Positions 10,994 to 19,825 of a stretch of 64,000 bases of DNA are shown here, piece after piece. Origin of the DNA: Candidatus Pampinifervens sinense (lineage in GTDB: Bacteria > Aquificota > Aquificia > Aquificales > Aquificaceae). Numbering within the stretch: position 1 is the stretch's first letter; each line of letters begins with the position of its first letter. The stretch is taken from the NCBI GenBank assembly GCA_037927135.1, contig JAXSPP010000007.1, forward strand, positions 32,001 to 96,000. The letters run 5' to 3'. Both the position numbers and the translations under genes were made by a program. The notes under the pieces were generated by a model that was given only the letters and a program-made list of their open reading frames with translations, searched no databases and was not told the origin of the DNA.

Positions 10994-11350
10994 CTAGAAC
11001 TGCCATTTTAGAGCTCCCTTTTTCCATTCATAGGCAAGGCCTAGAGTAAGTATAAAGATAAAGATAAGCGCACCTATCAAACCATAAAGACCTACCTCAT
11101 TGAAGACAACGACCCATGGAAACAGAAAGGCTACCTCTATGTCAAAGAGTATGAGGGATATGCCGAGAAGATAGTAGCCTTGTTTGAAAACACCCCTTGC
11201 CTCTGGGTCATATACTGGCACACCGCACTCATAAGGATAGCCTTCCATCTTTTCCTTCGTTCTTGGGCCAAGAAGATCGTTCAGGAAGCTAAAGGCCAGA
11301 CCCACAAAGAGGGCTATCAAAAAGAAGAACAATATGCCCAAATACTCCAT
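10994..11350 (-). CDS. nuoA: NADH-quinone oxidoreductase subunit A
   Basis: PYECG, FDIEVAFLFPW, YEWKKGALKW. Confidence 0.96.
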   Translation of the reverse strand: MEYLGILFFFLIALFVGLAFSFLNDLLGPRTKEKMEGYPYECGVPVYDPEARGVFKQGYYLLGISLILFDIEVAFLFPWVVVFNEVGLYGLIGALIFIFILTLGLAYEWKKGALKWQF

Positions 11351-11410
11351 GTCTTAATTTTATCACTTTGAAAAGATAAAGTAAAAGTTTATGACTGAAA
11401 TCAATAAAAA

Positions 11411-12613
11411 TTAGGCCACAGGATAAAGCCCTTCCACAAAGCCCTTCCAGATTTCGGGCATGCGATCAAGCTCCTCCTTAGCTATCTTCCTTACCAATTC
11501 TTCAATGGCTTTTATATCCTTTTTAGTCCTCACACTCACATCAAGCACCTGGGGCTCATTTATTGGCTTTCCTATCTGAGAGACTATATAGCAGTAAGCT
11601 TCCTCCACTTCCTCCACCTCTTCTACAACCCTTTGGGCAATAAGGTTTGCCACCCTGTTGTATATCTTCCCTATGTGAGAAACTGGGTTTTTACCCGCTG
11701 CCGCCTCAAGGCTCATAGGCCTGTAGGGAGTTATAAGGCCGTTGACCCTGTTGCCCCTTCCTACTTGTCCATCATCGCCCTGCTCTGCAGAGGTTCCAGT
11801 CACAGTTATATAAACGGAGTTATCTTCCTTGCTGTCTGCAGTGTTTATAAAGACTTCTACCTCTTTGCCCACCACACCTTCTACCCTCTCCTTTACCTTC
11901 TTTAAGATGGCCTCCTTCCTTTGGAAGTAGTCCTCTATGTCTTTTATGTATTTGCCTACAAAGGCCAAGGCTATGGTAAGTCTGTATCTGTCCTTTATGC
12001 GCACACCCATAACCTTTATGTCCTCTCCTATCTCAGGGTGTTCTTTTTTCATCTCTGGAGAGTTCAAAAACCTTTCCGCCTCAAAGACGGCCCTTTCTAA
12101 GCTATCAAGGGGAGCATAGCCCACACCAAAGGAGGTGTCATTGGCCAAAGGCACTTCACCCTTCTTTTGAAACCTTTCAAAGAGCTCCACAAGGTCCTTG
12201 CTACCTGGCTTTATCCTTGTATGTATCCTTACATGCCTTTCCACATCAAGGTTTCTTATGTTCTCCTTTAGCCACCTTTTGGCACTCTCTACCGCAAGCT
12301 CGTGGGCATCAAGCCTTTTGCTGTCCTTTTCCAGTATGGCCCTACCCACCAGATATATCTCTATAGGCTCTATTACCTCACCACCACCAAACTCCGCCCT
12401 TGCCACACCACCCACAAGCAGGGCTTTATCTACGTTGTGGTGCATGATGGCACCATATTCGGATATATACCACTTGCATAGCTCTCTTGATAAATTTTCT
12501 GCAAGGTAATCACATATGGTATCTGGATGGCCTATGCCTTTGCGTTCCACAATCTCCGCATCCAATTCATAGACAGGCTTAAAGGTCATGGGAGTGATAA
12601 CAATGTTAGCCAC
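11411..12613 (-). CDS. metK: S-adenosylmethionine synthetase, archaeal type
   Basis: EIVERKGIGHPDTICD, ANDTSFGVG, GDDGQVGRGNR, AGKNPVSHIGKIY. Confidence 0.93.
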   Translation of the reverse strand: MANIVITPMTFKPVYELDAEIVERKGIGHPDTICDYLAENLSRELCKWYISEYGAIMHHNVDKALLVGGVARAEFGGGEVIEPIEIYLVGRAILEKDSKRLDAHELAVESAKRWLKENIRNLDVERHVRIHTRIKPGSKDLVELFERFQKKGEVPLANDTSFGVGYAPLDSLERAVFEAERFLNSPEMKKEHPEIGEDIKVMGVRIKDRYRLTIALAFVGKYIKDIEDYFQRKEAILKKVKERVEGVVGKEVEVFINTADSKEDNSVYITVTGTSAEQGDDGQVGRGNRVNGLITPYRPMSLEAAAGKNPVSHIGKIYNRVANLIAQRVVEEVEEVEEAYCYIVSQIGKPINEPQVLDVSVRTKKDIKAIEELVRKIAKEELDRMPEIWKGFVEGLYPVA

Positions 12614-12695
12614 CGGCCACCTCCTTAAAAAGTTTAGCTATTAAAGTATAGCACAAGGCATATAATTAAAAGGATTATACAAAAAGGAGGAAAAA

Positions 12696-13796
12696 ATGGA
12701 CTTTAACTTTTCACAGCTGAGCGACCTAGTTCAAAGGGCTCTCAAGGACATGGACTTTGAAAGGCCCACACCAATACAAAGGGAAACCATACCCTTGGCC
12801 TTGAAAGGCTACGATATTATGGGGCAGGCTGCCACAGGAACAGGCAAAACGGCAGCCTTTGGCATACCCATAGTGGAAGGAAGCAAAAAGGAGGAAGGAA
12901 CCACAGCCCTTATAATGACACCCACAAGGGAGCTGGCCCTTCAGGTAAAGGAACAGTTGCAACAGCTATCCAAGTACAAAGGCCTTAAGGTCTTTAGCTT
13001 TTATGGTGGCACGCCAGTGCAAAAGGACTTAGAACTACTTTGGAAGGTCACACCAAACATAGTGGTTGGAACGCCAGGAAGGCTAAAGGACCTTATAATG
13101 AGAGGCCTTTTTAACTTTGATAACCTCAAATACTTTGTGCTGGACGAAGTAGACAGGATGCTTGATATGGGCTTTATAGAGGATATTGAGTGGATAATAG
13201 CCCAGCTACCAAAGGAGAGACAAACCTTTCTCTTTTCCGCTACCATACCAAGGGAGGTGGAAAGCCTCGCCAAAAGGCACCTGAGGAAGGACTACAAGTT
13301 TGTAAAGGTTATAACGGAAGAGCTAAAGCCAAAGATAGAAGAGAGGTTTATAAAGCTTAACTCTTCAAGACAAAAGCTTTCCGAGCTTGAAAAGATACTA
13401 AGAGAGCATCTCCTTGAAAAGGTCATAGTCTTTGTAAAGACAAAGAAGGATGCAAGAGAGATAACAGAGGAGCTAAAAAGAAGGGGCTTTAATGTGGTCT
13501 CCTTGCACGGCGATATGACGCAAAGACAGAGGGAAAACTCTTTGAGGCTTTTTAAGGAAGGAAAGGTAAAAATAGTGGTGGCCACCGATGTGGCCTCAAG
13601 GGGTCTTGATATAAAGGGCGTGAGCCTTGTGATAAACTACCACATACCGGAGGACCCAGAGGTGTATATACACCGGATAGGAAGGACTGGAAGGATAGGC
13701 TCCTACGGCAAGGCCTATAGCTTAGTGACGCCAGAGGACAGCAGGGCCCTTATAAGAATAAGGAAGCTAAAGGAAAGCTATAAAGATGGACCTTAA
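12696..13796 (+). CDS. DEAD-box RNA helicase (DEVD variant, minimal core)
   Basis: Q motif, ATGTGKT, PTRELA, TPGR, DEVD, SAT, HRIGRTGR. Confidence 0.93.
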   Translation: MDFNFSQLSDLVQRALKDMDFERPTPIQRETIPLALKGYDIMGQAATGTGKTAAFGIPIVEGSKKEEGTTALIMTPTRELALQVKEQLQQLSKYKGLKVFSFYGGTPVQKDLELLWKVTPNIVVGTPGRLKDLIMRGLFNFDNLKYFVLDEVDRMLDMGFIEDIEWIIAQLPKERQTFLFSATIPREVESLAKRHLRKDYKFVKVITEELKPKIEERFIKLNSSRQKLSELEKILREHLLEKVIVFVKTKKDAREITEELKRRGFNVVSLHGDMTQRQRENSLRLFKEGKVKIVVATDVASRGLDIKGVSLVINYHIPEDPEVYIHRIGRTGRIGSYGKAYSLVTPEDSRALIRIRKLKESYKDGP

Positions 13797-14307
13797 AGAG
13801 AGGGCTTTAAAAATCAGGCTTTTGGTCCTTGATGTGGATGGTGTGCTAACCGATGGGAGGCTATATTACACTTCAAGGGGGGAGGAGATAAAGGTCTTTA
13901 ATGTGAAGGATGGCTTTGGTATAAAGATGGCGCAGATGGCTGGCATAAGGGTTGGAGTCATCTCTGGAAGGAAGAGCAAGGCTTTAAGGAAGAGGCTTGA
14001 GGAGCTTGGCATAGAAGAGGCCCACCTTGGCTTTAACGAAAAGCTTCCTGTTTTGGAAGATATGTTAAGGAGGCTTTCCCTTGGCTTTGAAGAGGTAGCC
14101 TTTATTGGGGATGACTATGTGGACCTGCCCATCTTAAAAAGGGTGGGCTTTCCCATGGTAGTTTGCGATGCACCAGAGGAGATAAAGGCCCATGCCCTTT
14201 ATACCACAAAGGCAAAGGGCGGAGAAGGGGCAGTAAGGGAGGCCATAGAGTTCCTTCTGAAGCTAAGGGGACAGTGGGAAGAGATAATAAGTAAATACCA
14301 TGCTTAG
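13786..14307 (+). CDS. kdsC: KDO-8-phosphate phosphatase (HAD)
   Basis: LDVDGVLTDG, FNVKDG.GI, IGDD..D, GG.GAVRE; next to lptC/lptA. Confidence 0.92.
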   Translation: MDLKERALKIRLLVLDVDGVLTDGRLYYTSRGEEIKVFNVKDGFGIKMAQMAGIRVGVISGRKSKALRKRLEELGIEEAHLGFNEKLPVLEDMLRRLSLGFEEVAFIGDDYVDLPILKRVGFPMVVCDAPEEIKAHALYTTKAKGGEGAVREAIEFLLKLRGQWEEIISKYHA

Positions 14308-14791
14308 GAGCCTTCTTATAAGCCTTATGATAATACTCACCTCTTACATGCTAAGGGCCTATGTGGATAGCTTTGGACCCACTGGAGGAGAGGAGAAGAT
14401 AGTAAATAGACTGGAAGGTGTGACCATAAGGTCCTACAGCAAAGGTGGTATTGAATGGACCATAAGGGGCAGATCCTTGGAGGTGGTAGGCAAAGACGTG
14501 CTTTTGAAGGGGGCAGAGCTTATATCTGAAGAGGCCACCATTAGGGCTGGAGAGGTTTATATAGATAGGAATACTGGAAAGGGTGAGCTTTTGGGAGGCA
14601 TTGAACTCATATCAAAGGACCTTGTGGCAAAGAGCCAAAGGGCCTATATGGACCTAAGGGAAGGAAGGTTTTATGGTGATGGCAGGATAGAGCTAAAGGA
14701 AGGAGACAAAAGGGTGGAAGGCTATGGCTTTGAGATAAGGCTAAAGCCTGTGAGGGTTATAATTAGTAAGGCGAGGGTAAACATAGAATGA
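14300..14791 (+). CDS. lptC: LPS export protein LptC-like
   Basis: N-terminal TM helix plus beta-rich body; lies between kdsC and lptA. Confidence 0.65.
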   Translation: MLRSLLISLMIILTSYMLRAYVDSFGPTGGEEKIVNRLEGVTIRSYSKGGIEWTIRGRSLEVVGKDVLLKGAELISEEATIRAGEVYIDRNTGKGELLGGIELISKDLVAKSQRAYMDLREGRFYGDGRIELKEGDKRVEGYGFEIRLKPVRVIISKARVNIE

Positions 14792-15246
14792 GAAGGGTTC
14801 TATTTTTCCTTTTATTGATTGCTTCCTTTGCCTTTTCACAGCCCATAGTGGGTGAAGGAGACCAGCTTACTTACGAAAAGGACAGGATAATCTATACGGG
14901 CAATGTAAGACTCACAAGGGGCAACGCCCTTTTGACAGCCAACAAGGTGATCATATACCTTGATGAAAACAGAAAGGCAAGGCTTATGGAAGCGGAAGGG
15001 AATGTAAAGTATGTGGAGGGAAACAGAAGGGCCTTTGCGGACAGGATGACCTATGACCTGAGGGAAGAGGTTATAACCCTTAGGGGTAGGGCAAGGGTGG
15101 AGGAGGGTCCAAACTTTGTGGAGGCAGAGGAGATAGTTTACTATAAGAAGGAAGATAGGGCTGTGGCCACAAGCAAAGGTTCAAGGGTGAGGACCTTTTA
15201 TGTGGAGGAAAAGGATGAAAAGGGCAGACCTAATAGAAAGCCTTAG
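14788..15246 (+). CDS. lptA: LPS transport periplasmic protein LptA
   Basis: Signal peptide; OstA-type YTGNVRLT, AEGNV, ITLRG.A. Confidence 0.85.
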   Translation: MRRVLFFLLLIASFAFSQPIVGEGDQLTYEKDRIIYTGNVRLTRGNALLTANKVIIYLDENRKARLMEAEGNVKYVEGNRRAFADRMTYDLREEVITLRGRARVEEGPNFVEAEEIVYYKKEDRAVATSKGSRVRTFYVEEKDEKGRPNRKP

Positions 15247-15490
15247 AAGGGAGTTTAGGCTTAGCAGGGAAGAAGCAAAAAGGTTTGTAGATTGCTTTTT
15301 TGAAGAGTTGGTAAATATGGTGGTAGAAAAGGGAAGGGTGGAACTGAGAGGCTTTGGTGTTTTTAAGCTAAAGAGCCTTAGCGGTAGGTTTATAAAGAAT
15401 CCAAAGACGGGCATTGAGATGTATGTGGAAGAAAGACACAGCATAAGCTTTAAGCCTTCAAGCCTGTTTAAGAAGAATGAGAAAGGTTGA
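15215..15490 (+). CDS. HU/IHF family DNA-binding protein
   Basis: VELRGFGVF, NPKTG, FKPS; GGAGG SD before ATG 15215. Confidence 0.9.
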   Translation: MKRADLIESLRREFRLSREEAKRFVDCFFEELVNMVVEKGRVELRGFGVFKLKSLSGRFIKNPKTGIEMYVEERHSISFKPSSLFKKNEKG

Positions 15491-16517
15491 TGTGCTTATT
15501 GTAGGTGGTGGTCCTGCAGGTTCTACATGTGCTTATGAGCTTTCAAAGAGGGGCCTGAGTGTGATCTTTGTGGATATAAAGAGGAAAATAGGCACGCCGG
15601 TGCAGTGTGCCGAGTTTGTTCCCATACAGCTATACCACCAGTTTAAAGACTTCTTTCCAGAGGAAGCCATAGCCCAAAGGGTGGAGAATATGGTACATTT
15701 TACACCTTGGGGGGAGGTGGTCAGTATGTGGTCTGAGGGCTTTGTTTTAAACAGGGAGGTCTTTGATTACCATATAGCCAAGCTTGCCACAGAAATGGGT
15801 GCTGAATGCTTACTTAGGACACAGTTTATAGGCTTTGAGGATGGAAAGGTCTGGCTTGAAAATATAGACAAAAGGGAAAGGTTTTGCATAAAGGCCGATG
15901 TGGTGGTGGGTGCGGACGGACCAAGGTCCAAGGTGGCAAGGCTTACAGGAAAGGGAATAGAAAACTTCCTTACTACAGCGCAAGCCACCATGCCCTTAAA
16001 AGAGCCAATAAAGGACCTTTTGATATACTTCAGAGATTACATACCCGGTGGCTACGGATGGGTCTTTCCGAAGGGAGAGGTGGCCAATGTGGGCGTGGGC
16101 ATTGACCCTTCCTATCCTATCAATGTGATGGAGAGCTTAAGAAGGTTCATAAGGGAGGTATGTAAAGAGGGCATTGTGGAAGAGAGGATACTTAAAAGGA
16201 CTGGTGGGTGGATACCGGCTGATGGTCTTTTGCCTTTGGTAAGGGGAAGGGTGGTCCTTGTGGGGGATGCGGGGGGCTTTTGCCATCCTATAACCGGTGC
16301 GGGCATAGCCAACGCAGTCCTATCTGGTAGTATGGCTGGTAAATACATAGCGGAAGGAAACCTTGAAGAATACCAAGAGGAGGCAGAAGACACCTTTGGA
16401 AGCGTGCTATGGAGAGCATCGGAAAAGAGGAAAAAACACATGAAAAGCTGGGACAATCTAAAAGAGATAATACCAAAGACATGGATAGCCTTTGAAGACT
16501 ATTGGTGTATAATTTAA
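15477..16517 (+). CDS. Geranylgeranyl reductase family FAD oxidoreductase
   Basis: VGGGPAG, GADG..S.VA, GGYGWVFPK, VGDAGG...P.TG.GI. Confidence 0.85.
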   Translation: MRKVDVLIVGGGPAGSTCAYELSKRGLSVIFVDIKRKIGTPVQCAEFVPIQLYHQFKDFFPEEAIAQRVENMVHFTPWGEVVSMWSEGFVLNREVFDYHIAKLATEMGAECLLRTQFIGFEDGKVWLENIDKRERFCIKADVVVGADGPRSKVARLTGKGIENFLTTAQATMPLKEPIKDLLIYFRDYIPGGYGWVFPKGEVANVGVGIDPSYPINVMESLRRFIREVCKEGIVEERILKRTGGWIPADGLLPLVRGRVVLVGDAGGFCHPITGAGIANAVLSGSMAGKYIAEGNLEEYQEEAEDTFGSVLWRASEKRKKHMKSWDNLKEIIPKTWIAFEDYWCII

Positions 16518-16530
16518 AGCTAGGAGGTGG
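16504..16530 (+). promoter_or_regulatory. Putative -10 promoter (TATAAT) and SD of the encapsulin gene
   Basis: ggtgTATAATttaaagctAGGAGGTggaagATG upstream of 16534. Confidence 0.55.
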
Positions 16531-16533
16531 AAG

Positions 16534-17382
16534 ATGGACTTTTTAGGAAAAGAACAATCACCCTTAACCTTTGAAGAGTGGAACCAGCTGGAGAAGGCTA
16601 TAATTGAAGTTGCGAAAAAAACGCTTGTATGTAGAAGGTTTATGCCCGTTGTTGGCCCAATAGGTGTGGGCCATCAGGTAATATCTTATGATGTTTACCT
16701 TGGTGTGGAGCCAGGTGTATGTGAAGTAAGACCTGGGGAGGAAAGCGAACAGTGTGAGCCTGTAAGGACTGGAAGAAGAAGGCATATAGTCCTTCCAACC
16801 ATATACAAGCCCTTTAGTATAAGCTGGAGGGATTTAGAATACTACAGGCAGTTCAACCTTCCCATAGATACATCTCAAGCTGCTGCGGCAGCCTTTGCCA
16901 CAGCGGTGGCGGAGGACACTCTCATAATACATGGAAATCAAAAGCTGGAGATAGAGGGCCTTTTGACGGTGGAGGGAAGGCAAAGTATGTCCATGAGCGA
17001 TTGGGATGTGGTGGGCAATGCCTTCAACGATATATCCCTCGGTATAGCCAAGCTTTCGGAAAAGGGCTTTTACGGAGACTACTACCTTATACTAAACCCA
17101 AAGGACTACTTTAAGCTAAACAGGGTATATCACAACACGGGCCTTTTGGAGATTGAACAGATAAGAAAGCTTGTAAAGGATATATACTACACGCCCATAA
17201 TGCCAGAATCAAAGGCATTGCTTGTATCGGCAGGACCACAGAATATGGACATAGTCATAGGCCTGGACTTTAGCCTTGCCTATGTGGAATCTACCAACAT
17301 GGTGCATCACTTTAGGGTTATGGAGATAGTGGCACCGAGGATAAAGAGGCCTGGGGCCATACTGGTGATAGGGGAGAAGTGA
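16534..17382 (+). CDS. Family 1 encapsulin shell protein (Linocin M18-like)
   Basis: MDFL...PLT.EEW..L, RRFM.V.GP.G.G, F.ISWRDLE, AEDTLI.HG, GLL..EG, MDIVIGLDF.LAY. Confidence 0.9.
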   Translation: MDFLGKEQSPLTFEEWNQLEKAIIEVAKKTLVCRRFMPVVGPIGVGHQVISYDVYLGVEPGVCEVRPGEESEQCEPVRTGRRRHIVLPTIYKPFSISWRDLEYYRQFNLPIDTSQAAAAAFATAVAEDTLIIHGNQKLEIEGLLTVEGRQSMSMSDWDVVGNAFNDISLGIAKLSEKGFYGDYYLILNPKDYFKLNRVYHNTGLLEIEQIRKLVKDIYYTPIMPESKALLVSAGPQNMDIVIGLDFSLAYVESTNMVHHFRVMEIVAPRIKRPGAILVIGEK

Positions 17383-19226
17383 AGGAAAAGTGGAAGGTAA
17401 TAGAAAGGCTACTTTCTGAAGAGTATGATATTGAGGTACAGGGAAGTTATGAGGGGTGGGGTGCGGGCTACGACCCTAAGTTTTTACCCCTTACGGAGAT
17501 GTGGGCAAAGGGGGAGGTGGAGGATGTGCCGGAGGTGGTAAAGAGGCCAGCGGGGGTGGTCTTTCATATACAAGAGCTTTCAAAAAAATCGGAAGAGGAG
17601 GCCATAAACACCATAAGGCATGAGATTGAATATCTCTTTTCCACAGACCTTTATCTTTGGAGGCTTGGCCAGAGAGAGTTTTACAAGTTTGGCTTTACCC
17701 CCACCTCCTTCCTTGTGCTTTACTCTGTGCTTGAGTCCATAAAGACAGACTCAAGGATAATAAACAGCCATCCTCAAAACCAGTCAACAATCATAAAAAA
17801 CTACGAAGAGATTCTAAAAGAGATAGACACCTACTATCCACATCACAATTTTTCCCTTAGCCTTTTGAAGTCATGGCTTGGAAGGGAAGCCCTTCCCAAA
17901 GATACGGAAAGGATACTCTATGAATACTTGAACTCAAAAAACAGAGAAGCCTACGACATACTTATGGAAGACCTGCTTGGAAAGTATATAGCCCATATAG
18001 AAAAGGCACAAGAGATAAACTATATAGACCTCCTTTTGGATGAGGCGAGGGGAAAGGTAAGAAAGGATGCCCACAAGGGCAGGATAATGACGGACCTTCT
18101 CAAAAAGCTTCCAAAGGCTTTGCAAGAGGTCATAATAGAACACAAGGAAAAGAGGGCTATAGATATACCGGAGGAGAAGAGGAAGGAAATAATAAAGAGC
18201 CTGAGGAACATGCCCGACTGGATGAGGGACTACTTAAAACAGATGTCCTACTTGGATATGATAGAAAGGGATGTGGAGTTTATAAGGCACTTTTTGCCAA
18301 AGACCTTGGAGGTGGATATAGAGCATAGGGGTTTCCTTAGCTTTTTGATAAAGGGGTGGGAGGAACAAAAGAGCACAGCTTCCAGCGGTTTGAGCCTTGG
18401 GGGAAGGTCCGAAGAGAAGTCTCAAGAGGACAGGCTGTATGAAAAGGCCTACGGGATGAACAAGGAGGAGTTTAAGGCCTACAGGAGGATGATATCAAAC
18501 ATATTGCCCTATGTGGAGGCACTAAAGAGAAGGCTTAGAAAGCTAATGCCTGAGGAGGAGGAAGGCTGGTCTGGAAAATACTTTTATGGAAGAAGGCTTA
18601 ACCACAAAGTCCTAAGCTTGGAGGCTTCCATAGGAAGGGGGAGGATGTACATGAGGAGGGAAGAAGGCATAAGAAAGGAGCTTGCCTTTAAGCTTCTCAT
18701 AGATATATCCACATCCATGAAGAGGGAGGAGAAGATAAGGAAGGCTATAGAGGCCCTTCTTTTGTTCTCTGAAGTCATAAGCACTCTGAGGATGCCCTTT
18801 TCCATTGATGTGTTTAGCGACAGGGTGTTTAGATTGAAGGAATTCCATGAAGATTACAAGCTTGTAAGGTGGAGGATTTTGGAGCTTTTTAACATGCTTG
18901 GTGGCGGAACAAACCTTGAAAAGGCCCTCCTTTACGCATATGAAGATATACAAACCTTTTGTAAGAAGAACAACATAAGAGGCTGTATCCTTGTCTTCTC
19001 CGATGGTGAGCCCACAAGGGGCCTAAAAGGAAAAGAGCTAAAGGACCTTATAAACCAGATAAAGGCCATCACACCCATAATAGGCATAGGTGTAGGACTA
19101 GAAAAGAACTATGTGGATTACTACTTTGAAGGCACTGGGATAAAGATAAAGGATGTGTCTGAGCTTACCTTAGCCTTTACAAGGATAATAGAAAATCAGG
19201 CAAGGAGGCTTCTGGCCTTTCAATAA
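17379..19226 (+). CDS. vWA (MIDAS) domain protein, CbbO/NorD/CobT-like architecture
   Basis: C-terminal LLIDISTSM (DxSxS), GGGTNL (T), VFSDGEP (D), IIGIGVG; GRRL motif before the vWA domain; GTGA overlap with encapsulin stop. Confidence 0.85.
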   Translation: MKEKWKVIERLLSEEYDIEVQGSYEGWGAGYDPKFLPLTEMWAKGEVEDVPEVVKRPAGVVFHIQELSKKSEEEAINTIRHEIEYLFSTDLYLWRLGQREFYKFGFTPTSFLVLYSVLESIKTDSRIINSHPQNQSTIIKNYEEILKEIDTYYPHHNFSLSLLKSWLGREALPKDTERILYEYLNSKNREAYDILMEDLLGKYIAHIEKAQEINYIDLLLDEARGKVRKDAHKGRIMTDLLKKLPKALQEVIIEHKEKRAIDIPEEKRKEIIKSLRNMPDWMRDYLKQMSYLDMIERDVEFIRHFLPKTLEVDIEHRGFLSFLIKGWEEQKSTASSGLSLGGRSEEKSQEDRLYEKAYGMNKEEFKAYRRMISNILPYVEALKRRLRKLMPEEEEGWSGKYFYGRRLNHKVLSLEASIGRGRMYMRREEGIRKELAFKLLIDISTSMKREEKIRKAIEALLLFSEVISTLRMPFSIDVFSDRVFRLKEFHEDYKLVRWRILELFNMLGGGTNLEKALLYAYEDIQTFCKKNNIRGCILVFSDGEPTRGLKGKELKDLINQIKAITPIIGIGVGLEKNYVDYYFEGTGIKIKDVSELTLAFTRIIENQARRLLAFQ

Positions 19227-19539
19227 GGAGGCTTATACCTTCTTCAGGCTTTTCTATCAAAAAAGCGTATTGAGTTATCTTTGGATAGCTTTTTGCTTCG
19301 TTGAAGAACTCTTCACCTTGGGACCTTTGACCGAGGGCATAGTTTATAAGGGCCAAAAGCATATACTTCTCTTGGCAGTCCTCTGCCAGCATGAGCCACT
19401 TGGTGGCCTCCAAATACTTAAACTCTACCACATACCTCATGCCCACATAAAGGGGATCCCTATTCTTTAAAAAATGTTCCTTCCCAAGCCTATTTCCTTC
19501 CTTATCCACTATCCTTATCCTGAACCTGACCCTCATCAC
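19177..19539 (-). CDS. Hypothetical protein
   Basis: 120-aa ORF filling the gap, typical purine-rich coding style; no motif recognised. Confidence 0.6.
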   Translation of the reverse strand: MMRVRFRIRIVDKEGNRLGKEHFLKNRDPLYVGMRYVVEFKYLEATKWLMLAEDCQEKYMLLALINYALGQRSQGEEFFNEAKSYPKITQYAFLIEKPEEGISLLIERPEASLPDFLLSL

Positions 19540-19587
19540 AAAGAACTATCATGGAGTAAGTTTTAGTATGTTTTTAAATTAAAGCAC

Positions 19588-19800
19588 ATGAGAGTATACT
19601 TCAAGGATGAGCTAAAGGAGAAAAACATACTTTTGGCAAAGTCTGGTGAAGTTCCGGAAAAGATAGAGGTAGGGGAAGACACGATAAAGGTCTACGCAAA
19701 AGATGAGGTATATCATATACCTACCTCCTCTTTAAGAGGAAAGGTCATAATGGACAGGTTAAACTACAAGGGAGAACTTACACAGGAGATATATATTTAA
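19588..19800 (+). CDS. Small hypothetical protein
   Basis: 70-aa ORF with -10-like TAAATT 7 nt before ATG; upstream of bioB. Confidence 0.7.
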   Translation: MRVYFKDELKEKNILLAKSGEVPEKIEVGEDTIKVYAKDEVYHIPTSSLRGKVIMDRLNYKGELTQEIYI

Positions 19801-19825
19801 AACAAATTAAGCCAAGGAGGTTTTT

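Noticed and set aside
11411-12613. Archaeal-type metK (and apgM at 24003-25220) as novel transfers
   Set aside because: Already known features of Aquificae; useful only for taxonomic placement.
12696-13796. DEVD instead of DEAD as a novel helicase type
   Set aside because: A common variant; all other motifs are standard.
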